A stretch of 64,000 nt of DNA from an uncultured bacterium (lineage in GTDB: Bacteria > Acidobacteriota > Thermoanaerobaculia > Multivoradales > J023), in assembly GCA_965366625.1 (NCBI GenBank), contig CBDUGP010000024.1:3767-67766 (forward strand), in the 5' to 3' direction. Below the pieces are notes generated by a model. That model saw only the letters and a program-made list of their open reading frames with translations, did not search any database and was not told the DNA's origin. How positions within the stretch are numbered: position 1 is the first letter of the stretch; every line of letters starts with the position of its first letter. Positions 36,518 to 44,572 of the stretch are shown piece after piece. Position numbers and translations under genes: made by a program.

Positions 36518-39040
36518 CTAGGGGTAGTAGCCGCGAATCGACCGGGTGCGCAGGCCCGGTCGGTCGACCTCCACGTCGATGCGTCTGAAGGTGCCTCGGC
36601 CTTTGCCTTCTGGAGCCGGATACACCAACAGATATTGGGAGCGTAGGTCCTGCTCGATTTGGTCGTAGACCCGGTCGAGTTCGGACACCGAGCGAATCGA
36701 AAAGGCGCGTCCGCCGCTCGATTGGGCCAATCCGCCCAGCTGATCGCGGGTGGCTTCGTCGGCGACGGACAAGAGGATGGGGTAGACCGCCACCCCTGCC
36801 TTCAGCACCTGATCCATGGCGGGTTCGAACTCAAAGTCGCTTTCCACGTCCTTGCCGTCCGAGAGCAGGACCAACGCGCGACGGCCGGTTCGTCCGCCAA
36901 AATAACCGGCGGTGTACACCAACGTGTCGTGCAGTCGGGTGCCTCCCCAGGGCACCAAACCGCTGGAGCCCAGGCGCAAGGGGTTGATCTGGTCGGTGAA
37001 CGGCACCGCCAGTCGAATGTCGTGATTAAAGGTGACCAACGCGGCTCGATCTTTGGGCGTGAGCACGGTCTCAAAAAAGCGTCGAGCGCTGTCGACCGCA
37101 AAGCTGAGCCTTTCGCGCATGGAAACCGACGTGTCCATGGCCAACACCACCTGGATCGGCAGATCCGACACGGTGGAAAAGCGGGCCGGTTCCTGGGGCT
37201 CGCGATCTTCGAAAATTCGGAAGTTTTCGGACTTGAGGCCCACCACCGGACGCCCCGTCGAATCTTCCACGGTGGTGAAGACCTCCACCCACCGAACGTT
37301 GGTGGATTCGAGAGGTTGAGAGCCGACCGAGATGAACGCCTCCGCTCGATCGCCGCCGGCGAGTTCGGCCACGGCGCGAACGAATTTGGCGTTGGGTGAG
37401 AGGGGATTCGGCAGCCCGGCGCGAAAGGGCGGTTGGTCGAAATAACCGAGCAGCAAACCATCCAGATAGAGTTCCACCCGCTTGAGCGTCTCGCCCTTCG
37501 GCACGTGAACCTTGGCCACGGCTTCCACCGCGGTCTGCAAGCGTTGGCCGGCGGTGAGTTGGCCCTTCTCAGGCGAAGTCAGCCGGACTGAAAAGGGCGG
37601 CTCGGCCGGGTCGAGCCGGATCTCATCCCGCGCCAGCTCCTCGCCGTCGGGTGAGAAAGCGATCGCGGTGACCTGGTGCAGGGCGGGTGTGTCACCGAGA
37701 TCCACCACAGTCTGGAACGGCGCCTCCCCATCACTGCCCGCCGGCTCGCCGTCGAGCTTGAAGTCGACCCGTGCGATCGGTCCACCGTGGGTCACGGTTT
37801 CGATGTCCACCCGTCCTGCGAGGCTCTCCCCGGGTGGAACCAGCTCCACGCTGGGGAAGGTCAATAGGCTGACGATTTGTCGTTTGGTGAGTTCGGTCAT
37901 CTTGCGCTTGCCGGCGTCGCTCAGCTCATCTTTCGATTCCGGCACCCGTAAGGTTAAGTCTCGGCGCATCAAGGCCAGGCCGTGATCGTCCTCGAGCCGC
38001 AAACGCATGAGGTATTTGGCGGGCCGCAAACGACGATAAAAGTCCAATCGCACGTTGTCCGTTTTAGGGGCTTCACCGGCCAGGTGGTAAACAATTTCAA
38101 ACCGATCAGTCACGTGGCGTCCCAGCAGGACCTCACCGGACAATACGAAGCGATCGAAGAGCTGGCCGGCGTCACCCCGGCGGATGGCTTGCACCGGCAC
38201 CTCCACGCGACCCAACACCACAGTCTTGCGCCCGTCCCGGCCCGGAAACCCTACGGCCACGTGGTCCGTGGGTAGCTTCAAGCGGCGCTCGCTCAGCTCC
38301 TGATTGAACGTTTCCAACCAACCGGGATCCGGCGCCGCGCGCTCCACCCATCCGTCCACGGTGGTTTGTCCAATGGCGTGAGTCAACGCCGAACGTAAGG
38401 TTTTAGCTTCGTCCTCACCGGTCCGAAAGCATTTCCGCTCGCGCGAATATTGAATCACCTGCTCGATCGTGCGTCGGCTGAACGGCGCATCATGCTCCGA
38501 CAACGCACCAATACCGTCCTCAGGGCTCCACTGGCCAAATTGACCGTCGCGCGCGCCATAATCGCGAGTGAACACCAAATAAAACCCCTCGCGCTGCTCA
38601 CCCGCCAGCTCCGTCGCCTGCCATCGGTTGTACCACCAAATCCGCAACGGCCGAATCACCCCCCGGCATCCACCGTAAACGAAAATCCGATCCGGCACCC
38701 CCGCCGTCAAAAACGCCTGCGCCCGATCCCCCGAAAGCTGCTCAAAACGTCGCCGAACCTCCGAAAACCGAGCCCCCCACCGAGCCGCCGGCCCAGAATC
38801 CCCAACCCCATCCCCACCTTCACCGCCTCGACCCCGAGCCCGCCAAAACGCCCGAATAAAAAGCTCCCGATCCACATCCGACCCCAACCCCTCAAACCCC
38901 AACACCTCCGCCTCCAACATCAACGGCCGAGCCGCCGTCAACCACTCGTCATAAAAGCGGTCGATACGAGGCCCCTCCGGCTCGGCCAGCAGGGTTGGGG
39001 TGAGGAGGAGAAGGAGCAGGAAGAGTGCAGGGTGTCGCAT
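36518..39040 (-). CDS. Secreted large protein with a C-terminal-half vWA domain
   Basis: Signal peptide 'MRHPALFLLLLLLTPTLLA'. The vWA MIDAS-like segment 'VVLAMDTSVSMRE...ALVLLSDGKD'. Its 5' end abuts the islet's left repeat. Confidence 0.7.
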   Translation of the reverse strand: MRHPALFLLLLLLTPTLLAEPEGPRIDRFYDEWLTAARPLMLEAEVLGFEGLGSDVDRELFIRAFWRARGRGGEGGDGVGDSGPAARWGARFSEVRRRFEQLSGDRAQAFLTAGVPDRIFVYGGCRGVIRPLRIWWYNRWQATELAGEQREGFYLVFTRDYGARDGQFGQWSPEDGIGALSEHDAPFSRRTIEQVIQYSRERKCFRTGEDEAKTLRSALTHAIGQTTVDGWVERAAPDPGWLETFNQELSERRLKLPTDHVAVGFPGRDGRKTVVLGRVEVPVQAIRRGDAGQLFDRFVLSGEVLLGRHVTDRFEIVYHLAGEAPKTDNVRLDFYRRLRPAKYLMRLRLEDDHGLALMRRDLTLRVPESKDELSDAGKRKMTELTKRQIVSLLTFPSVELVPPGESLAGRVDIETVTHGGPIARVDFKLDGEPAGSDGEAPFQTVVDLGDTPALHQVTAIAFSPDGEELARDEIRLDPAEPPFSVRLTSPEKGQLTAGQRLQTAVEAVAKVHVPKGETLKRVELYLDGLLLGYFDQPPFRAGLPNPLSPNAKFVRAVAELAGGDRAEAFISVGSQPLESTNVRWVEVFTTVEDSTGRPVVGLKSENFRIFEDREPQEPARFSTVSDLPIQVVLAMDTSVSMRERLSFAVDSARRFFETVLTPKDRAALVTFNHDIRLAVPFTDQINPLRLGSSGLVPWGGTRLHDTLVYTAGYFGGRTGRRALVLLSDGKDVESDFEFEPAMDQVLKAGVAVYPILLSVADEATRDQLGGLAQSSGGRAFSIRSVSELDRVYDQIEQDLRSQYLLVYPAPEGKGRGTFRRIDVEVDRPGLRTRSIRGYYP

Positions 39041-39222
39041 GCCGGAATTCTATGGGGCGGGGGAATGGATAGCGAGGGGAGGTAGCCCTTGGTGGGGGCG
39101 GTTTGTACCCGGAGGGAGGGGATAGCAACTGAATGTTGGCTTCGTTGCAACAACTACGGATAACCGTCTATTAACGCAGTTTTGAGTCGATGTCTTTAGG
39201 TGAATCGATATTGGAGGTGAGG

Positions 39223-40455
39223 ATGAGCGAGATCTTCCAGAGAACGGTGCTGCCACAGACACTTAGAAGGATTTTTGACGATCGGCTCTACGAAAATTCA
39301 GGTCCTATAGAGTTTCTAGAGCTATCTGGATGGGATCATCCGCGTTTAGCAGGTTCTACCATGAGCTTCGAGGTGAGTTTCACAGATTTGGAACTTAGTC
39401 GATATGTTCTGGACTACGAGCAACCGAACATCGAGTTTGAGACAATCAAGAAAAACATCGCAACACATTTATCCCTGCTTGAGCTGGGCACCGAGATAAA
39501 TCATAGGCAAATTCAACTCACCTATGGCGGAACAGGAGCACTGAGTCTGCTTTTGCACTGGGTTAAGTCTAAAGGAATTGAGATGGTTGTCGCTGATCCG
39601 CCATTCTATTTCAGCCTTAAACACTTAACAAAGTATCTCAATCTTGATTTGATTGCAGCAGAAAGAAACATCTTAGGACTCCACGACCCGAAACCTCTCT
39701 TGAGAGTCCTCCAAGAACACAAGGCGATACGAAAGGCTGTCTATATTGCTCACCCCCGGTATGTAGTTGGCGGCGCTTACTCAAAAGGTGAGATAGCAGA
39801 AATACTCGCGTGTCTCAGAAGTGATGATCTGCTAATTGTCGACAACTCTATCAATTTGATGATCGAGCAAGACAGCCTTAGTCTAGGGGACCACTCAACA
39901 GTCGCAGTCGTCAAAACGATTGGCAAGTCAATTAGTATGTATGGGTGTCGGCTTGCAGCCATTGTGACCTCAGAGGCGGTGAGAGCCGAACTCAATACAA
40001 TTTCTGAGTGGTTGTTTGGAGGTTACGATGTTGGGATGCTTAGGGTTGCCCATCAGCTAACAGTAAATCACTATAGATTTAAAGAACGAGTGCTAGCTAC
40101 AAGACAGCTTGTTGACGAGTCGTATAGGAACGTCCTGAGCAAGTTGGCGGCGGAAGTCGTGGCCCTGCCAAAGCCGAATTCTACCTATCTAGGTTATGCA
40201 TTGGTTGATACAGATTCTATCGGGAGATATAGGCTGTATCAATTCTTCCTGAGAAACCGGATAAACGCCATGTTTTCTGAACAGATAGGTCTCGCACGAA
40301 TTGCCGGTTTAGATCTCATAAGGATAAACTACCTTCTTGACATCGATAAAGCTGTCGGTCTCCTATCCGATTTCGCGGCACAGGCCAGAAAGAAAGGCTG
40401 CTTCCGATCTGCCTGGGCTCATACTACTTTGGGAAGAAAGACTCTGTCTCGATAG
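39223..40455 (+). CDS. Divergent PLP-dependent aminotransferase-fold (class I/II-like) protein on the islet
   Basis: Strong RBS GGAGGTGA before the ATG at 39223. Candidate PLP-lysine motif 'TIGKSISMYGCRLAAIV', resembling SxSKxxxxxGxRxG. The usual DEVY-type motif is replaced ('IVDNSINLM'). GC is about 45%. Confidence 0.5.
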   Translation: MSEIFQRTVLPQTLRRIFDDRLYENSGPIEFLELSGWDHPRLAGSTMSFEVSFTDLELSRYVLDYEQPNIEFETIKKNIATHLSLLELGTEINHRQIQLTYGGTGALSLLLHWVKSKGIEMVVADPPFYFSLKHLTKYLNLDLIAAERNILGLHDPKPLLRVLQEHKAIRKAVYIAHPRYVVGGAYSKGEIAEILACLRSDDLLIVDNSINLMIEQDSLSLGDHSTVAVVKTIGKSISMYGCRLAAIVTSEAVRAELNTISEWLFGGYDVGMLRVAHQLTVNHYRFKERVLATRQLVDESYRNVLSKLAAEVVALPKPNSTYLGYALVDTDSIGRYRLYQFFLRNRINAMFSEQIGLARIAGLDLIRINYLLDIDKAVGLLSDFAAQARKKGCFRSAWAHTTLGRKTLSR

Positions 40456-40456
40456 A

Positions 40457-42490
40457 CTATGTCTCAAGTTGAAGATCCGCTGTCAGCTCTCGCGACAAGA
40501 GAATTGGTTCTTCGGATTCATCAGAGCACAACCTCATGGCTGCAACACCCAGCTGAAAACAGTATGGTATTTCACGTCCAGCAGCAATCGCCTTGTAGAA
40601 GCCGGACGAGAAACCGACCGCCCCCTCGTCGGAAAGCCTTGAGCTGACACCGATTACAAACGGAGCATGCTGGCTTATCGATCGCGCTTGGGACTCTGAG
40701 TAGCACGCATTTAACACAATGCAGGTTGCTTGCTGTGGCAGTAACTCCAACAAGCGATTCAGTGTTTCGTTCGAGACTGGTCGAGGGTTGCCTGCAGAGT
40801 CTAGAATCATAATTCCATCTTCGGATCCATGCCCAGAAAAATGAATGATAAAGGGTGAGTGCTCCAATGGGACCAGCAAAAAGGTTTCTTCGTCTACAGC
40901 CCATTCTTGCTCCAAGCTGAGGTCTGCGCCCCGGACTCCCGTTCGAAGGGAGTTCCTTATCATCTTTATTTCGCGTTCAAGCTCCAGCTGTGTGCTGTGG
41001 GGGTTGGCACTTAGAAATAATATTACTTCTTTTGATCCCTTTCGGCTCTTGCCCGATTTGTTAGCGACAAGAGATTTCTTGCTCGCTGCCCTCGGTAGTA
41101 GGCCGATGACCATTCTTCGAATTTCGGCCAGTGTAGAAAAATCCAGGCCTGTAGAAAACTTGATACACGCAATCTTGGGGAAGTTCAGCATGACCAAAAC
41201 GGAATAGTCCACTGTCCTGTTGTCAGACTGCCCAAGCGACTGGTGACCTGCGGTCAAGAGAAGTTTTTGTGTCGAAGATTCGTAGTTAGATATCTCCAAC
41301 CGAAATCTGGCCGACAGGAAAACGGCCATTGCAAAAATCATGTTCATGCTGTCCGGCGAAACTAGGGCAGCTAGTGAGGGGGAGTTTAGTTTGAGAACAG
41401 ATTCGACTTCAACTTCAACTCCACTTCCATCGACTAGAGCTTGAAGTTGCCCCGCTGTTGTTTTTTCCGGGACCAGAATAGAAGCCCGAGCAAGTTCCGT
41501 CTGGTCAATTGAGACAAGGCTGCTGGCCGCAACAAGTAGGTTCTCATAGTATTTGCGCAGCTTTCCTGAACAGAACTCCAAGGTTTCGACGACGGTAGAA
41601 GGGAGTTCCCGACCTGAGGCTGTGTCCAGTAGGGCATGAATCGATAGAAAGAGCCTGGTAAGAAAAAACACCATTATTCGGTTCTGTTGATAGAGAGCCA
41701 CCAAGAACGAAGAGAGATGTCTCAGCCCTGAGAGGATATGTAGGATGTTAGATTCCTCAATCTCCGAGAACCTGAGATTGACGGCATCCACCAATTCTTT
41801 TGAGTGATTGAGATCTTTCTCTAAGAAAGCTGCGGCACTAACAGATTCTAAGATTGTTTTTGGGGAAACTTCATCGATTCGAATGCTCAACCCTGATTCA
41901 GGTCGAATCAGGGTTACATGCTCTAAACTAGATCTTTGAAGGCCGAAGTTCTGAAGCACCGAGGGTTCTTGCAATGTTAATTCAATAAAGCGACATTCAA
42001 GTAAAAGGCAATGCTCCAGCAACTTATTGGAAGTTGTACAATTGCGAAATTCACAACCGAAAAGTTTATCGTTTTTAAACGTAGTTCCAGAGAGATCGCA
42101 ATCCCTGAATTTCACATTTTCAAAATGACAATCTACAAAGACTGTATTCCGCAGGCCAGCGTTGACAAAGTCAACATCTCGAAATGTGCATGAGCTAAGG
42201 AGATTGTCGAAGAAATCACAATAAAAATGAACCGAGTTGAAGAAAGTATCTTTGGCGTCAATTTCACAAAAATCCGCATGAAATTCACCAAATTGGACTC
42301 TGCAGGAAATCAGGTTCGGCTCAAATGCGGAGCTTCCCCTGGGAATCGTTCCGCCTAGAAAACACTCAAAGAGTTCGTGAGCTACAATTGGACTATCAAG
42401 CAAACTAAGGTCGATACTGGCGCCTCTCACTATACCGCCTGGGATGTTGCCCTTAAGGTTGCGTGCGGCATGGTCGAGCTTCTTCATCAT
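40457..42490 (-). CDS. Pentapeptide-repeat + CHAT (caspase-like) protease domain protein on the islet
   Basis: N-terminal pentapeptide repeats ('FRDVDFVNAGLRNTVFVDCHFENVKFRDCDLSGTTFKNDKLFGCEFRNC'). C-terminal caspase-like His/Cys dyad ('IIHFSGHG' ... 'CIVLNACYSESQ'). Low GC. Confidence 0.65.
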   Translation of the reverse strand: MMKKLDHAARNLKGNIPGGIVRGASIDLSLLDSPIVAHELFECFLGGTIPRGSSAFEPNLISCRVQFGEFHADFCEIDAKDTFFNSVHFYCDFFDNLLSSCTFRDVDFVNAGLRNTVFVDCHFENVKFRDCDLSGTTFKNDKLFGCEFRNCTTSNKLLEHCLLLECRFIELTLQEPSVLQNFGLQRSSLEHVTLIRPESGLSIRIDEVSPKTILESVSAAAFLEKDLNHSKELVDAVNLRFSEIEESNILHILSGLRHLSSFLVALYQQNRIMVFFLTRLFLSIHALLDTASGRELPSTVVETLEFCSGKLRKYYENLLVAASSLVSIDQTELARASILVPEKTTAGQLQALVDGSGVEVEVESVLKLNSPSLAALVSPDSMNMIFAMAVFLSARFRLEISNYESSTQKLLLTAGHQSLGQSDNRTVDYSVLVMLNFPKIACIKFSTGLDFSTLAEIRRMVIGLLPRAASKKSLVANKSGKSRKGSKEVILFLSANPHSTQLELEREIKMIRNSLRTGVRGADLSLEQEWAVDEETFLLVPLEHSPFIIHFSGHGSEDGIMILDSAGNPRPVSNETLNRLLELLPQQATCIVLNACYSESQARSISQHAPFVIGVSSRLSDEGAVGFSSGFYKAIAAGREIPYCFQLGVAAMRLCSDESEEPILLSRELTADLQLET

Positions 42491-42559
42491 ATCAATAATA
42501 GACGGTTATCCGTAGTTTGCAGAATTTTCTCGGAATTCTGGAGCTGAAACCTGGCTTAA

Positions 42560-43501
42560 TCAACAAGAGGTCAACGAAAAATTCGGGTGAAACTGCTGCA
42601 ATTTCGCGGCTAGGCCTTCTTTCGACACGTGTAGGTACCTTTGTGTGGTGGCGATGGATCGATGGCCTAGGAATTCTTGGACGATTCGGATGTCGGCGCC
42701 TTGGTCGAGCAGCATGGTCGCGATGGTGTGTCGGAGCATGTGGGGGGTGACTCGCTGCGCGATGCCGGCTTCTTCGGCGATGCGTCGGATCGAGTTGGCG
42801 ACGCCTTGGGTGGAGAGCGGGCGTCCGAAGACGTTGACGAAGAGGTGGTTGTGGTCGGTGGTCAATTTGATGCGTTCTTGACGATAGCTTTCCACGGCTT
42901 GGCGTGAGCGAGGGTCGGTGAGTAGGGCCACTCGTTGTTGGCCGCCTTTGCCGTGGATCAAGAATTCGTGGAGTTCGGGCTGGTAGTCGCTCAGGCGTAG
43001 TGCGGTGAGTTCGCCGACTCGAATGCCGGTGGCGAAGAGCAGCTCGATGACCGTCCAATCTCTGAGATCGAGAAAGCCGCGATGCAGGCGGGTCGGCACG
43101 GGTTGCTCGAAGGTCGTGACGCGCGACCGTGCTTGTTGCAGCAGTTTTTGGATGTCCGGCAGGTTTAAGCATCTCGGTAGTTGTTTTTGGTGCTGTAGAT
43201 CCAAGCGGATCCGCCAAAGTGGCGAAGCGTCTAAAACTCCCTTTCTGACCCAATATCCAAAGAAGACCCGAAGCGCTGCGAACTTACGGCGAATCGAGCT
43301 GGGTGCGTATTCCTCGAGTCGCAGGAAATCTGCCCATGCTTCCAGCTGGTCCGGCTGAACTTCGGTCACCTCTTGTGTCGGTTTCAAGAACCGATAGAAT
43401 TGTAGCAGATCGATCCGATATGCGCGCTGGGTTCTATGGCTTCGGCGACATGTCGAGAAGTACCCCTCGTGGAATTTTTCGATGGCGATGTCTAGCAGCA
43501 T
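42560..43501 (-). CDS. Tyrosine site-specific recombinase (XerC/XerD-like integrase)
   Basis: 'HMLRHTIATMLLDQGADIRIVQEFLGHRSIATTQRYLHV' with the catalytic R...HxxR...Y. 313 aa. Confidence 0.9.
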   Translation of the reverse strand: MLLDIAIEKFHEGYFSTCRRSHRTQRAYRIDLLQFYRFLKPTQEVTEVQPDQLEAWADFLRLEEYAPSSIRRKFAALRVFFGYWVRKGVLDASPLWRIRLDLQHQKQLPRCLNLPDIQKLLQQARSRVTTFEQPVPTRLHRGFLDLRDWTVIELLFATGIRVGELTALRLSDYQPELHEFLIHGKGGQQRVALLTDPRSRQAVESYRQERIKLTTDHNHLFVNVFGRPLSTQGVANSIRRIAEEAGIAQRVTPHMLRHTIATMLLDQGADIRIVQEFLGHRSIATTQRYLHVSKEGLAAKLQQFHPNFSLTSC

Positions 43502-43788
43502 CTCTTGCTCCTCACGCTCCCGGCTGCGCCAATCGTAGCTTTGGGTCGTTTAGTCGATTGATTTAGTTCTATTTAGGCGAGAATTTTCTGCATTGGCGAG
43601 AAAAGCATAGCAGCCGGTGGCGCGGGATCGCCGGCTCCTGGGGGCCCCGAAGAATGCCCAAACCGTCAACGAGCCTCCGAGAATCGGGCTTCCAAGAAGC
43701 CTCGGGTCTTGCATCTCAAAACGGATCCCCGGTTCCTCGATGGTGTCGACTTCGACCGTGTCGACGTAGAGCGTGCCGAAATGTTCGA

Positions 43789-43925
43789 CTAACGAGCTTC
43801 CGACCACATCCGAACCCAACCCTCCAGCGCCCCGATCTCCACCTTCAACTCGAGGTCGAGTTGGGTTAGCCACTCGTCATTGAAGCGATCGATACGGGGT
43901 CCCTCGGGCTCGGATCCACACCTGT
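43789..43925 (-). pseudogene. Remnant of a duplicated 5' end of the vWA gene (right-hand att-like repeat)
   Basis: It encodes '...EPEGPRIDRFNDEWLTQLDLELKVEIGALEGW', homologous to residues ~20-60 of the 36518..39040 product. The signal peptide is missing. Confidence 0.55.
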
Positions 43926-44572
43926 GCAGGGTTATTGCCAAGCGCATTAAACGTTGGCACAAACGATAGACAAATACCTTCCAAGGTGCATGAAAATATT
44001 TAGTTATACAAAGACGCTGATCTTTGCGAGGTGGCCATTTTTCCGCGTAGAAGCTGGCGATTGCGGGGCCACCAGCCTGTGGATTGGGCGGGGATTGGAG
44101 GCAAAACCAAACTCTCTGCTTATCCTTGCGGCATGGGTTTTGCTTCCTGTAGGGTGGGAACATTGGAGACCTGATTAACATCAGGTAACATCCGTCTCCA
44201 TCCCGTCGGGGAATGTCGCCAACCGAGGAAAAATGACCAGCCTGGAATTTTTTACCTGGAATGATCGAGTTCAACTATCGCTACCCGAGGAGATCTGAAG
44301 ATCCCATGGCATCTCAAATTGATACGAAGAAACCCAACCGAAGCTCAGTGCCGTCCTCCCAGGGCTCGAATTGGAAGAGACCCTATTCCAAGCCACGGAT
44401 TCTTTTCACAGAAACTATTGAAGCTATGGCGACCAGCTGTCTGACACCGGGCGGAAAAACCGATCCGATCCAGTGCCCATCGGGTCCCCTTCAAAGTTGA
44501 TGGAACTCGCGGTTCACATCCGAGAATGCTAGTCCATCAAGCAATCCCCCCGCTTCAAGGAAGAACAAGCCC

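Larger units (their letters stand above)
38870..43925. mobile_element. Low-GC integrase-associated genomic islet inserted at the 5' end of the vWA gene, bounded by imperfect ~120-bp direct repeats
   Basis: There is a sharp GC drop between about 39100 and 42500. It contains a tyrosine recombinase gene. The left repeat, inside the 5' end of the vWA gene at ~38870-39000, resembles 43789-43925 ('EPEGPRIDRFYDEWLT' versus 'EPEGPRIDRFNDEWLT'). Confidence 0.65.

Noticed and set aside
42492-43253. 253-aa Arg/Pro-rich ORF overlapping the integrase on the same strand
   Set aside because: It is an alternative frame of the well-supported tyrosine recombinase gene and is low complexity.
44261-44500. 79-aa ORF upstream of the giant gene
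   Set aside because: It has no RBS, sits in an AT-richer leader region and has a non-descript composition. It is probably non-coding.
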